The notes beneath the pieces are model-generated. The model did no database searches and was not told the origin of the DNA. It saw only the letters and a list, made by a program, of their open reading frames with translations. From positions 288,001-352,000 of the forward strand of contig JBFLYH010000001.1 of assembly GCA_040756875.1 (NCBI GenBank): a DNA stretch of 64,000 nucleotides. The letters are read 5' to 3'. The position numbers and the translations under genes were made by a program. This document shows, one piece after another, positions 27,657 to 38,127 of this stretch. Source of the stretch: a candidate division FCPU426 bacterium (GTDB taxonomy: Bacteria; Oederibacteriota; JAAXVQ01; JAUVAV01). How positions within the stretch are numbered: position 1 is the stretch's first letter; every line of letters starts with the position of its first letter.

Positions 27657-30600
27657 CCCTCTCCGATCTTTCCATCCAACGGCCGGTTTTCGCCTGGATG
27701 CTGATGGCGTTTCTGATCGTTTTCGGCGGGCTGGCCTTTTCGCGCATGGGCGTGAGCCGCCTGCCGGACGTGGATTACCCCGTGATTTCGGTTTCATTGC
27801 AGCTTGAAGGCGCCGCGCCGGAGATCATGGAGACCGATGTGGTGGACGTGGTCGAGAGCGCCCTGATGACCATTCAGGGTGTGCGCACCATCAGTTCCTC
27901 GTCGCGCAACGGGTCGGCCCGCATTACCGTGGAGTTTGAACTCAACCGGAACATTGATCTGGCCCAGCAGGACGTGGAAGCCAAGCTGCAGCAAATACAG
28001 CGCAGGCTTCCCAACGATCTGGACCCGCCGTCAGTGTCCAAAACCAATCCTGAAGACCAGCCCATCCTCTGGCTCACCCTGGAAAGCGAAACCGTCCCCC
28101 GGCCCAAACTCATGGCCTATGTCCGGGACCAGTTGCAGGACAAGTTTACGACCATCAGCGGCGTGGGGGAGGTCCGGCTGGGCGGATACGTGGACCCCAA
28201 CCTGCGCATCTGGGTCTCGGGATCGGCCTTGAAGCGGTACTCCCTGACGGTCAACGACGTAGTCGCCACCGTGGCGCGCGAGCATTCCGAACTGCCGGCC
28301 GGCGTGCTGCAGAGCGGCAAACGCGAGTTCAACGTCCGCACCCTGGGCGAGGCCAGCACGGCCGAGGAATTCGAGAACCTGATCATCTCCCAGCGCGGCG
28401 GCCAGCCTAACTACGTGCCCATCAAGCTCAAACAGGTCGCCCGCATTGAGGAAGGGCTGGCGGACATCCGGCGCATCAGCCGGGGCATGGGACGTTCGGC
28501 CGTGGGGCTGGGCATCATCAAGCAGCGGGGCACCAACGAGGTGGAGGTGGCGCGGGCGGTCAAACGCCGCATGCGGGAACTCGGCCCGACGCTACCGGAG
28601 GGCATGGTGCTGGCCCTCAACGTGGACAACACCGAATTCACGGAGCGGTCCGTGGCGGACATGAATTTCACACTGGTCCTGTCCGCGGTGCTGACCGCCC
28701 TGGTCTGCTGGCTGTTCCTGGGTTCCTGGTCCTCCACCATCAACGTGTTGCTGGCGATCCCCACCTCGATCATCGGCAGTTTTCTGGTGCTGTATTTCGC
28801 CGGCTTCACCCTCAACCTGTTCACTCTGCTGGCTCTCTCCCTTGTCATCGGGATCGTGGTGGACGACGCCATCATGATGCTCGAGAACATCATGCGCCAC
28901 CGGGAACGGGGCGAAGGCCGCATGGCCGCCGCCCTCGTGGGTGCGCGGGAGATCACCTTCGCGGCCATCGCGGTCAGCCTGGCCATCGTGGCCATTTTTC
29001 TTCCCGTGGCGTTCATGCGGGGCGTCATCGGCAAATACTTCTTCCAATTCGGCGTAACCATCACCGTGGCCGTGCTGCTGTCGCTGCTGGAAGCCATCAC
29101 GCTCACACCCATGCGCTGTTCGCAGTTCCTGGAAGTCGGGGCCCGCACCACCTGGCTGGGCAAGGGGGTGGACGCCGCCTTCCGCAGCCTCAAAATTCTG
29201 TATCAGCGCCTGTTGGCAGGCGCCTTGAAGCACCGCTGGAAAGTCGTGCTGGTCTCGCTCCTCTTCTTCGCCTCTAGTTTCGCGACCCTCCCCCTGCTCA
29301 ATAAGGAATTCCTCCCGGCCGAGGACCAGAGCCGTTTCGGCGTCCGCCTACAGACCCCGGTCGGCTCGTCGCTCGAATACACGGACGCACAATTCAAACA
29401 AGCCGAGGCGTTCGTGCTTAAACGCCCCGAAGTAGAGCGCGTTTTCGCCATTGTGGGCGGGATGGGCGGCAGCGCGGTCAACCAGGGCATGCTTTTCATC
29501 ACCCTCAAGCCCAAGTCGCAGCGCCCCGTGGATCCCGAAGTGGGGCACCCCCTGACTCAGCAGGACATGATGGCCCTGTGCCGCAAGGTCATGAACCAGA
29601 TCCCGGACGTCAAGGCCGTGGTGCAGGATTTCTCCCTCAGAAGCTTCACCGCCTCGCGCGGGTTCCCGGTGGAATTCACGGTCCAGGGCCCGGATTGGGA
29701 TAAACTGGCGCAATACAGCGACCAGATGGCGCAGAAATTGGAAAAAACCGGCCTGGTCACGGACCTGGACGTGGATTACAAAGTCGGGCAGCCGGAGATC
29801 AAAGTGATCCCGGACCGCAACCGGGCGGCCACACACGGCGTCAGCGTGGCTTCGATCGGCGAGGTGGTGAATGCCACCATCGGCGGCGTGGTGGTCGGCA
29901 CCTACCCCAAGGGTGGCCACCGCTACGACATCCGCGTCAAGCTCGAGGAGGACGACCGGCCCCGTGATGAGCGGATCAAGGAATTGTTCGTGCGCAACAA
30001 CCGCGGCGAACTGATCCCGCTTTCCAGCGTGGTGCGCCTGGAGGAGCGGCCGACCCTGCAGCAGATCACGCGCCAGGACCGGCAGCGCGCCATTTCGGTG
30101 TTCGCCAATGTAGCGCAGGGGCAGTCCCAGGAAAAAGCCCTGGAAGCCGTGCGCCGGGTCGCCAAACGGATTTTGCCCGAGGACTATCACGTGGAGATCA
30201 GGGGCAGTGCCCAGACGTTCCGGGACTCCTTCCAGGACCTGTACCTGGCCATGGCGCTCGGCATTTTGGTGGCGTACATGATCCTGGCGTCCCAGTTCAA
30301 CAGCTACCTGGATCCGCTTTCGATCCTCATGGCCCTGCCGTTCAGCGTGTCCGGCGCCTTCCTCGCCCTGTTGCTAACGCACCAGTCCCTCAATATTTTC
30401 AGCCTCATCGGCCTGATCCTGCTGCTGGGCATCGTCAAAAAGAATTCGATTCTGCTGGTGGATTTCACCAACCACCTGCGGGAACAAGGGTGCAGCCTGC
30501 AGGAAGCCCTGCTGGAGGCCTGCCCGATCCGGTTGCGGCCGATTCTCATGACTTCGACCGCCATCATCGCCGCCTCCCTGCCCGTGGCCCTGGCCATCGG

Positions 30601-30814
30601 GCCGGGCGCCGAGAGCCGTGTGCCCATGGCCGTGGCAGTGATCGGCGGCGTGATCGTGTCCACGCTGCTGACGCTGTTCGTGGTACCCTGCGTATACAGC
30701 CTGTTTTCGAAACTGGAAGGGAAGCAGGCACACCGGGCCAACCTGGCGGCCGCGGTCGAGGCGGTGCAGTCTAAAACGCCCCGGGCCAGGCCCGGGAGCA
30801 GGAAGAACCGGTAA
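27653..30814 (+). CDS. RND efflux transporter permease (AcrB/AcrD/AcrF family)
   Basis: SIQRPV, PDVDYP, GIVVDDAIMMLENI, VKKNSILL, RLRPILMT; GTGA coupling to TolC. Confidence 0.96.
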   Translation: MTLSDLSIQRPVFAWMLMAFLIVFGGLAFSRMGVSRLPDVDYPVISVSLQLEGAAPEIMETDVVDVVESALMTIQGVRTISSSSRNGSARITVEFELNRNIDLAQQDVEAKLQQIQRRLPNDLDPPSVSKTNPEDQPILWLTLESETVPRPKLMAYVRDQLQDKFTTISGVGEVRLGGYVDPNLRIWVSGSALKRYSLTVNDVVATVAREHSELPAGVLQSGKREFNVRTLGEASTAEEFENLIISQRGGQPNYVPIKLKQVARIEEGLADIRRISRGMGRSAVGLGIIKQRGTNEVEVARAVKRRMRELGPTLPEGMVLALNVDNTEFTERSVADMNFTLVLSAVLTALVCWLFLGSWSSTINVLLAIPTSIIGSFLVLYFAGFTLNLFTLLALSLVIGIVVDDAIMMLENIMRHRERGEGRMAAALVGAREITFAAIAVSLAIVAIFLPVAFMRGVIGKYFFQFGVTITVAVLLSLLEAITLTPMRCSQFLEVGARTTWLGKGVDAAFRSLKILYQRLLAGALKHRWKVVLVSLLFFASSFATLPLLNKEFLPAEDQSRFGVRLQTPVGSSLEYTDAQFKQAEAFVLKRPEVERVFAIVGGMGGSAVNQGMLFITLKPKSQRPVDPEVGHPLTQQDMMALCRKVMNQIPDVKAVVQDFSLRSFTASRGFPVEFTVQGPDWDKLAQYSDQMAQKLEKTGLVTDLDVDYKVGQPEIKVIPDRNRAATHGVSVASIGEVVNATIGGVVVGTYPKGGHRYDIRVKLEEDDRPRDERIKELFVRNNRGELIPLSSVVRLEERPTLQQITRQDRQRAISVFANVAQGQSQEKALEAVRRVAKRILPEDYHVEIRGSAQTFRDSFQDLYLAMALGILVAYMILASQFNSYLDPLSILMALPFSVSGAFLALLLTHQSLNIFSLIGLILLLGIVKKNSILLVDFTNHLREQGCSLQEALLEACPIRLRPILMTSTAIIAASLPVALAIGPGAESRVPMAVAVIGGVIVSTLLTLFVVPCVYSLFSKLEGKQAHRANLAAAVEAVQSKTPRARPGSRKNR

Positions 30815-30905
30815 CCAGTAGGAAAAACCGAATCCCTCAGGCCATGACCTTCAACCTCCGGCTCCCGGGCCGGGGGCATCCAGGCCTGCGCGACAAAAGG
30901 CCTGG

Positions 30906-32069
30906 ATGCTTATGGACATATTATTCAACTTCGGACACCAGCCTCTCCGCTTTTCCCGTCCAACTCAGACCGTTGTCTGCCACGATCCGGCCGGTTTGCC
31001 GGGCGTTTTTCAACGTGTCGAGCGCTGGCTCAGGGCAGGCCATTACGTCGCCGGTTTTTTCAGTTATGAGGCGGGGTATGCCTTTGAACAACGCCTCGCT
31101 GATCCGCGGCCGCGGGCGTTCCCGCTGGCCATGCTGGGCGCCTATCCTCCTCCTGAACGCCGGCCGTTTGCGGAACGCGTGGACAGCGCCTATTGCCTCG
31201 ACGATATCCGGATTCGCACGCCGCGTTCGCGCTATGCCGAGGACATCCGGCGCATCCGCCGGTACATCTCCCGGGGAGACGTTTACCAGATCACCTATTG
31301 CATGAAAATGGGGTTCCGGTTTTCGGGCGATCCCCGCGCCTTGTTTTTCGATCTCTATCGGCACCAACCGGTCCCGTACGCCGCCTACCTGGATGCCAAG
31401 ACATTTCAGATTCTCTCCCTCTCGCCGGAACGCTTTCTGCGCAAACGGGGGGAAGCCATCCTGTCGGAACCGATGAAAGGCACCTGGCCCCGGGGAACCG
31501 GCCCTGCCGCGGACCGCAGGGCGCAGCAGCGGTTTCAACGGGACCGCAAGAACCGCGCGGAGAATGTCATGATCGCGGATTTGCTGCGCAATGATCTGGG
31601 GAGAATAGGCACGTGCATCCGGGCGCCGAAACTTTTTACGGTCACGCCGTACCGGACCCTGTTCCAAATGACCTCCACCGTTACCGGCAAAGTCCCTTCC
31701 CGGCTGCGGTTGCATGACCTGTTGGCTGCGGTTTTTCCCTCCGGTTCGGTGACCGGCGCGCCGAAAATACGCGCCATGCAGATCATCAGGGAGCTGGAGG
31801 TCGAGGAAAGGAAGATCTACACCGGGGCCATCGGTTATATCACGCCGAACCGGGATCTCTATTTCAACATTCCCATCCGGACATTGCTGATATCGGGCGG
31901 GTTTGGCGAAATGGGCGTGGGTGGCGGAATTGTTTGGGATTCGACGGTCCGGGGCGAGTGGGCCGAAGGCCTGCTAAAAGCCCGCTTCCTTTCCGATGTT
32001 TCCGGCGCCCCCATCTGTGCGACGGCCGCCTGCGCCGATGAACTGCTTGCGGAAAGCCAGTGGGATTGA
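30906..32069 (+). CDS. pabB: Aminodeoxychorismate synthase component I
   Basis: GFFSYEAG, GDVYQ, SLSPERF, PMKGT, KNRAENVMIADLLRNDL, FPSGSVTGAPK, YTGAIG. Confidence 0.9.
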   Translation: MLMDILFNFGHQPLRFSRPTQTVVCHDPAGLPGVFQRVERWLRAGHYVAGFFSYEAGYAFEQRLADPRPRAFPLAMLGAYPPPERRPFAERVDSAYCLDDIRIRTPRSRYAEDIRRIRRYISRGDVYQITYCMKMGFRFSGDPRALFFDLYRHQPVPYAAYLDAKTFQILSLSPERFLRKRGEAILSEPMKGTWPRGTGPAADRRAQQRFQRDRKNRAENVMIADLLRNDLGRIGTCIRAPKLFTVTPYRTLFQMTSTVTGKVPSRLRLHDLLAAVFPSGSVTGAPKIRAMQIIRELEVEERKIYTGAIGYITPNRDLYFNIPIRTLLISGGFGEMGVGGGIVWDSTVRGEWAEGLLKARFLSDVSGAPICATAACADELLAESQWD

Positions 32070-32114
32070 TAAAATATGCGTGGATTGAAATCATAAACGT
32101 GCAAAGGAGAAGGA

Positions 32115-32921
32115 ATGCGCTTCATCCAATCGGTACTGACGGGTTGCTTTTTCATGGTGGCCGTTTTGGCGCAGCCGGTATTGTCGGCCAAGGCCGACGA
32201 CCTTATTTACGAAGGGTCCGTGCCGATCGGGGAATACATCATCGTAGAGGCCGGCAAAGCTTTCAAAGAGAAGTATGGCGTCAATTTCGACGCTATTTAC
32301 ACCAGCGGCACGGATGTGGCCCTGAAGTCCCTCCAGGAAAACAAATGCGATGTGGCCGGAATCGCGCGTTCCCTGACGCCCGAAGAGAAGAGTTCTAAAT
32401 TTTATTTCCAGATCATCGGGTACGACACCCTGGCCGTGTTCGTGAACGAAAAAAACCGCGTGGAAGGTTTGACGACCGAACAGTTAAGAAGGATTTTTAC
32501 GGGCGCGGTCCGGAATTGGCGCGAGGTCGGCGGCGCCGACCTGCCGATCCGCAAGGTGGTGGACGGCACGCCCGGGCGCACCCTCAACAACGAATTTAAA
32601 AAGCTGGCCTTGAATAGCGAGGAATATTTCGACGTGGAGATGACGGCCAATCCCCGCGAGCATTTGCTTCAGGTCACCACGGATGTCGCGGTCATCACCT
32701 TCGATTCGCTGCCGTTCAAGCCTGAAGGCGCCAAGATCCTCGAGATCGACGGCCACGAAGCCACGGATAAGAATGTCCGCTGGGGCGTCTATCCGCTGAA
32801 AAGGCCCTTGCACCTCATGTGCAAAGGCCAACCCCGGGGCAACGTCAAGAAATTCATGCGGTTCATGCTCACGCCCGAAGGCCAGGCGATCGTGGGCAAA
32901 GGTTTCGTGAGAGTGAAATAA
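32115..32921 (+). CDS. PstS-like (PBP type 2) substrate-binding protein, orphan
   Basis: Signal peptide; IGYDTLAVFVN, IFTGAVRNWREVGG.DLPI, YPLKRPL, FMLTPEGQAIV. Confidence 0.85.
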   Translation: MRFIQSVLTGCFFMVAVLAQPVLSAKADDLIYEGSVPIGEYIIVEAGKAFKEKYGVNFDAIYTSGTDVALKSLQENKCDVAGIARSLTPEEKSSKFYFQIIGYDTLAVFVNEKNRVEGLTTEQLRRIFTGAVRNWREVGGADLPIRKVVDGTPGRTLNNEFKKLALNSEEYFDVEMTANPREHLLQVTTDVAVITFDSLPFKPEGAKILEIDGHEATDKNVRWGVYPLKRPLHLMCKGQPRGNVKKFMRFMLTPEGQAIVGKGFVRVK

Positions 32922-32922
32922 A

Positions 32923-33873
32923 TCAGTCCCAATCCGCCATCGCCGCCGCCAGGTGGCTTTCTTTCATCGCGCCCGTTCCGGGGAAATCCGAATCCTGACC
33001 CCAGGTCTGCATCCGCCGCAGATGCCTGCCCGCAGCCAAGCCGGCATTGCGCAGCCAGCGTCCCAGCAGTTTGTCATCCACTTCCGAATGATTGGTTGAA
33101 ACGAACAACGTTCCGTTTTGATTCAATACCTCGAGGCCGGCTTTGATCAGCCGGGGCAAACCGGTTTTGACGGTGAAAACACGCCCTTGGTGTCTGGCAA
33201 ACGACGGCGGATCGAGGATGACGAGGTCGAAACAGTTACTTCGTTTGGCCGCTCCTCTCAGATAAAGGCCGCAATCAGCTGCCACAAATTCGCCATCCTT
33301 GACCGGTAGTTGGTTGAGGCGGTAGTTCTGTTCTCCCCAGGCAAGAACCTTCCGGCTGATGTCCACATTGACCACCTGGCTGGCCCCGCGGCTGCAGGCA
33401 TGAACACCAAAGGCGCAGGTATAGGCGAAGGCATTCAATATTCTGCGGCCTTTGGCCCGCTTGGCCACGCGCAGGCGGTTGGCGCGCATGTCGAGAAACA
33501 GGCCGGGATTGACCGCGTCGCGGAGGTCCACGCGGAAATGCAACCCGTGTTCCGTGATTTCAGTTTGCGGTCCGGCTTCCTCCAACCAGACTTCGGCCCG
33601 GGCGATGCATTCCGCAGCCGGGAGCGTGCGGTTTTTACTTATGATATAAGCGGCGGGAAAGCGGGACCGCACGTACTCGGCCAGCAGGGAAGGGGACAGC
33701 GCCGGGCGGGCGCTGTAGGTTTGGATGAGGAAGTGGCGGTCAAAACGATCCAGGGTGATGCCCGGCAGGCCGTCGCCCTGGCCGTTGACCAGGCGCAGCG
33801 CATTGGTATCCGCCGCCAGCAAAGCGCGGCGGGCGATCGCTTTTTCGACGAGGGCGGCCCGCTGCGGGTCCAT
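32923..33873 (-). CDS. Class I SAM-dependent rRNA methyltransferase (RlmI/RlmK-like)
   Basis: RLVNGQGDGLPG, GLFLDMR, LNAFAYTCAF, VILDPPSF. Confidence 0.88.
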   Translation of the reverse strand: MDPQRAALVEKAIARRALLAADTNALRLVNGQGDGLPGITLDRFDRHFLIQTYSARPALSPSLLAEYVRSRFPAAYIISKNRTLPAAECIARAEVWLEEAGPQTEITEHGLHFRVDLRDAVNPGLFLDMRANRLRVAKRAKGRRILNAFAYTCAFGVHACSRGASQVVNVDISRKVLAWGEQNYRLNQLPVKDGEFVAADCGLYLRGAAKRSNCFDLVILDPPSFARHQGRVFTVKTGLPRLIKAGLEVLNQNGTLFVSTNHSEVDDKLLGRWLRNAGLAAGRHLRRMQTWGQDSDFPGTGAMKESHLAAAMADWD

Positions 33874-34304
33874 CAGCCCTGGGGTTCTGCCAGCCAGTGT
33901 TCGATTTTAGCCTTGATCTGGTCCCGGACCAGCCGGGTTTGCTGCAGGCGCGCTTCATGGGGGCCCGTGAAACGGGAAGGATCCGGGAAGCTCCAGTGCA
34001 GGCGCTTCGCGGGTCCCGGGAAAACGGGGCAGCGTTCCGATTGGGATTCGTCGCAGACCGTGACCACATAGTCGTATTTCCGGCCTCGCCGGTGGAAATC
34101 GAAAACGCTCTTGGTTTGGTTGCCGGAAATATCGATGCCCGCCTCCTGCATGGCTTCGACCACCAGCGGATTGAGCGTTCCCGGCTCCAGGCCGGCGCTC
34201 TCCACTTCGCAGCGGCCCCCGCCCAAGTGTTTCAACCAGGCCTCGGCCATCTGGCTGCGGGCCGAATTGTGGATGCAGACGAACAGGACTTTGATTTTTT
34301 CCAT
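33873..34304 (-). CDS. arsC: Thioredoxin-type arsenate reductase / LMW-PTP family
   Basis: [15 protein letters not shown]-loop, VTVCD...RCPVFP, HWSFPDP. Confidence 0.9.
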   Translation of the reverse strand: MEKIKVLFVCIHNSARSQMAEAWLKHLGGGRCEVESAGLEPGTLNPLVVEAMQEAGIDISGNQTKSVFDFHRRGRKYDYVVTVCDESQSERCPVFPGPAKRLHWSFPDPSRFTGPHEARLQQTRLVRDQIKAKIEHWLAEPQG

Positions 34305-34587
34305 GCTGTAAACCTCTTCCGGCGAAGTGAAATATACTTGAAGATACTATACTTTGCAGGGATGTCAACCGGGGAATCCGGGAATGAGGATGGGAAAAGG
34401 GTTTGAACGCGATGGACGGTATGGTACGATGCCCACGACGATTTATCGGGAATGAAGCGTATCGGATTGTTTTTTGAGGAATCAACCGTTCTATGACGAC
34501 CTGGCGCGGGCAAAGGGATGAGCTTCCGCCGCTGCATCTCGGGTGAGACTGCGAAAACCAACCCGTGAGATAAAAGGGAATATACTG

Positions 34588-35361
34588 ATGAATCCGGCTG
34601 TTGTCCAAACATCCGAAGTGCTTGCGGTCCGGGTTTTGCGAAAGTCTTTCGGCTCTGTCACCGCGGTGGATGGAATCTCCTTCGAAGTCCGGCCCCGCGA
34701 GATCGTGGGGCTGCTCGGGCCCAATGGCGCGGGAAAGACCACGACCATCAATATGGTGCTCGGCGTGCTCGCCCCCGACGCCGGCGCGATTACGGTGGCC
34801 GGCCTGGATTTGGCCGCCCGCAGGCGCCAGGCCCTGGGGCGCGCCAATTTCGCCGCGGTGTACGCCCCCCTCCCCGGGAACTTGACGGTCGCGCAAAATC
34901 TCCGGATATTCGGGCTCCTGTACGGCGTACGCCGCCTGCGGGAACGCCTGGAGGCGCTGCTGGACCAGTTTGACCTGAAACGCTTCCGGAACGTGAAGTG
35001 CGGCCTGCTTTCCTCCGGGGAACAGACGCGCGTCAGCCTGGCCAAAGCCGTGCTGAACGAACCCCGGCTCCTGCTGCTGGACGAGCCCACCGCCTCCCTC
35101 GATCCGGCCACGGCGCGGGATGTGCGGGCCCAGATCCGGGAGTTCGCCGACCGGGGCGACTGCGGCGTGCTCTGGACCTCGCATAATATGTACGAAGTCG
35201 CGGAAGTATGCGACCGCGTGTTCTTTCTGTCCCGCGGCCGCATTCTGCTCGCCGGTGATCCCCGGACCCTGCCTCAGGAGCACGGCAAGACCACCCTCGA
35301 GGACCTGTTTGTCGCCGTGGCCCGAGAACCCCTGACCCTCGGGCCGGCGGAGGGCGCATGA
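34588..35361 (+). CDS. ABC-2 type transporter ATP-binding protein
   Basis: GPNGAGKTT, LSSGE, LLLLDEPT, SH. Confidence 0.93.
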   Translation: MNPAVVQTSEVLAVRVLRKSFGSVTAVDGISFEVRPREIVGLLGPNGAGKTTTINMVLGVLAPDAGAITVAGLDLAARRRQALGRANFAAVYAPLPGNLTVAQNLRIFGLLYGVRRLRERLEALLDQFDLKRFRNVKCGLLSSGEQTRVSLAKAVLNEPRLLLLDEPTASLDPATARDVRAQIREFADRGDCGVLWTSHNMYEVAEVCDRVFFLSRGRILLAGDPRTLPQEHGKTTLEDLFVAVAREPLTLGPAEGA

Positions 35362-36161
35362 ATTTCCGCCGCGTGCTCGCCGTCATGCTCCGTATATACT
35401 TCCTCATGCGGGGAAGCGTCTCGCGCCTGGTGCCGCTCTTTGCCTGGGTGGCCATTGACATCGTGCTCTGGGGGTTCATCACCCGCTACCTCAACACCGT
35501 GGCTTCGCCCGGGTTCAATTTCGTGCCCGCCCTGCTGGGCGCGGTGCTGCTGTGGGATTTCTTCACGCGTGTCATGCAGGGCGTGACCACGGCCTTTCTC
35601 GAGGATGTCTGGACCCGGAATTTTCTCAACGTCTTTTCGACCCCGCTCTCGACCGGCGAATACCTCACCGGCTTGGTGCTGACCAGTTTTGCCACCAGCC
35701 TGATCGGGCTGGCGGTCATGCTGGCGCTTGCCACCCTGGTTTTCGGGTTTTCTTTCCTGGTGTACGGGCTGGCCATCCTGCCGTTTTTATCGGCGCTCTT
35801 CCTGTTCGGCATTGCGCTGGGCATTCTCGGGTGCGCGTTGGTCCTGCGCCTCGGCCCGGCGGCCGAATGGTTCATCTGGCCCATTCCCGCCCTGCTTTCG
35901 CCCTTTGCCGGCGTCTTTTATCCGCTCGCCACCCTGCCGCATTGGATGCAAGGGGTGGCCCGCCTGCTGCCCCCTTCCTACATTTTCGAAAACCTGCGGG
36001 CCATCGTCGCCGGCGGCCAGGCTTCGGGTTCGGCCCTGGGGTGGGCCGCGGGCCTGGCGGTGCTCCACATTGTCGTGGCCGCCTGGGTTTTCAAGCGCGT
36101 CTACCGGAACGCCGTGCGCAGCGGACTCCTGGCCCGGTACAGCGCCGAATCCGTCAGCTGA
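35358..36161 (+). CDS. ABC-2 type transporter permease
   Basis: 6 TM helices, GVFYPLATLPHW motif; ATGA coupling. Confidence 0.92.
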   Translation: MNFRRVLAVMLRIYFLMRGSVSRLVPLFAWVAIDIVLWGFITRYLNTVASPGFNFVPALLGAVLLWDFFTRVMQGVTTAFLEDVWTRNFLNVFSTPLSTGEYLTGLVLTSFATSLIGLAVMLALATLVFGFSFLVYGLAILPFLSALFLFGIALGILGCALVLRLGPAAEWFIWPIPALLSPFAGVFYPLATLPHWMQGVARLLPPSYIFENLRAIVAGGQASGSALGWAAGLAVLHIVVAAWVFKRVYRNAVRSGLLARYSAESVS

Positions 36162-36294
36162 AGCATGCCGCCCGGCCCGGTCATTTTCGGGTTGTCTGCT
36201 GCAACTTGAAATGGCACAATGAAACGCATCATGGCTGGGACGATGCCCACTCTTGCCCACGCCGGCTGCAGCATAATTCCGAGGAGGGAACCAG

Positions 36295-38127
36295 ATGCCG
36301 AATGTAAACCGTATTCCCCGTTTGATGGCAGGCGCAGCCCTTTTACTGCTGTGCGCCGCCGGAGCGGGGGCCGCCACGTATGACGTGACCAGCATCGAGG
36401 ATTCGGGAGCCAACACCCTGCGGTCGGCCATCGCCCAAGCCAATGCCAGCACGGGGGTGGTGGATACGATCAACCTCGCGGTCTCCAATTCCATTACCGT
36501 GTTTTCGGCCTTGAGCGTCACGGACCCGGTGGTCATCCAGGGAAACGGCACCACCCTGGGCGCTTTGAACCAGAATTTTATCGTCTTGAATATGGGGATT
36601 GGTTCGAACGGCAGCGTAGTCCAGGACCTGGCCCTGGTCAGCGGCGGCACGGGTCTGAACGTCCTTTCGTCCGGCAACACCATTCTGGCCTGCTGCTGCG
36701 GCACGGATTGGTCCGGCGCCGCCAACCGCGGCAACACCACGGGCGCCTGGATCGCCGGCGACCACAACATCATCGGCGGCAGCGCGGCCGGGCAGGGCTG
36801 CGTCTTCTCCGGCAATTACCTCGTCGGCCTGCTGGTGGACGGGCAATACAACCGCATCCAGGGCAGTATCATCGGCCTGAATCCCGGCGGTACCGCGCAG
36901 TTGCGCAACGGCGGCGTCGGGCTGAATATCAGCGACCACCGCAACATCGTCGGCGGCCTGGCGGCGGGGGAGGGCAACGTGGTGTCCGGCAACGGCAGCC
37001 AGGGGCTCAACCTCACGGGCGATTACTGCTTGATTTTGGGCAATTACTTCAGTTTCAGTCAGGCCGGGGATCTGGTCATTCAAAACGGCAACAATACGGA
37101 CATGATTGGTTACGGTGCCTACGGTTGGTATGAAGGAAATCATTTCGGCCGGCGGATGTTTTTCCTGAACAGCGGGGCCATCGGCAACACGATGGTTGCC
37201 AATGTGGTGGGTATGTTTCCGGACGGCAGCGGGTTCTCCGGTTCCGCCTACAATGGCATTTATCTGGGTGGGTCCAGCGGTCCGACGGATAACTGCATCG
37301 GATTGCCCAACGGCAATGGCAATCTGTTCGCCGATACCAGCGGCCCGGGTGTTTATATCTCCGGGGCCACGGCCCTGCGAAACAGCGTGATGAGCAATAC
37401 GATCGTGGCCTGCGGCAATCTCCCCGTCTTTTTGGAAAACGGTTCGAACCAGGGGCAACTGCCGCCGGTGGTGATCGCCGCTGCCCCCGGAGGGCCGGTC
37501 CGCGGAACCGCGGATCCGGGTGAATACATCGAGGTGTTTTTGGCCGAGGGCAACGCCGCCAACGACGGCACCGTGCAATACCTCGGCTATGCGGTAGCCA
37601 ACGGGTCCGGAATCTGGCAGCTGAACTCGGCGGCGGTCGTTTTGGGGCAATACGTCTGCGCCCTGGCCACGGACGCTCAAAACAACACCTCCCAACTTTC
37701 TGCGAAAGTCCAGGTCCAGATGCCCACGGCCACACCCACGGCCACGGTCACGCCGACGATCAGCGCCACGCCGACGATCACCCCCACTCCCACGCTGACG
37801 CCCACGGCCACGGTTACATCCACCGCTACGGCCACCCCCACCTCGGCGCTGGCCGGCCTGGATCTGGGCGGCAAAGCGGCCCTGACCTTTCCCAATCCGG
37901 GCCGGAAGCAGATCACTTTTGCAGTCAACCTTCTCCAGCTTGCGACGGTCAAAGTGGTGCTCTACAATCTGTCCGGCGAACGGGTCGCGGAACTATCATC
38001 TGAATTCGGGAGCGGGACCCAAGGCTTGGTTTGGAACTGCGCCGACGCGGCGCCGGGTGTGTACCTCGCGCGGATCTTGGTCAACGGCGATGAGAAAGCC
38101 ACGCTTAAAGTGGCGGTGGTAAAATGA
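36295..38127 (+). CDS. Secreted CSLREA-like/beta-helix protein with Pro/Thr linker and T9SS-like C-terminal domain
   Basis: Signal peptide; VTSIEDSGANTLRSAIAQAN; N.IGG...GN.VSGN repeats; PTATPT linker; FPNP...LYNLSGERV...APGVYLARI...KVAVVK. Confidence 0.85.
   Translation: MPNVNRIPRLMAGAALLLLCAAGAGAATYDVTSIEDSGANTLRSAIAQANASTGVVDTINLAVSNSITVFSALSVTDPVVIQGNGTTLGALNQNFIVLNMGIGSNGSVVQDLALVSGGTGLNVLSSGNTILACCCGTDWSGAANRGNTTGAWIAGDHNIIGGSAAGQGCVFSGNYLVGLLVDGQYNRIQGSIIGLNPGGTAQLRNGGVGLNISDHRNIVGGLAAGEGNVVSGNGSQGLNLTGDYCLILGNYFSFSQAGDLVIQNGNNTDMIGYGAYGWYEGNHFGRRMFFLNSGAIGNTMVANVVGMFPDGSGFSGSAYNGIYLGGSSGPTDNCIGLPNGNGNLFADTSGPGVYISGATALRNSVMSNTIVACGNLPVFLENGSNQGQLPPVVIAAAPGGPVRGTADPGEYIEVFLAEGNAANDGTVQYLGYAVANGSGIWQLNSAAVVLGQYVCALATDAQNNTSQLSAKVQVQMPTATPTATVTPTISATPTITPTPTLTPTATVTSTATATPTSALAGLDLGGKAALTFPNPGRKQITFAVNLLQLATVKVVLYNLSGERVAELSSEFGSGTQGLVWNCADAAPGVYLARILVNGDEKATLKVAVVK
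37723..37842 (+). repeat. Low-complexity repeat encoding the Pro/Thr linker
   Basis: PTATPTATVTPTISATPTITPTPTLTPTATVTSTATATPT. Confidence 0.8.

Noticed and set aside
30906-32069. pabB as a truncated pabB-pabC fusion pseudogene
   Set aside because: The chorismate-binding domain is complete, and stand-alone PabB is common.
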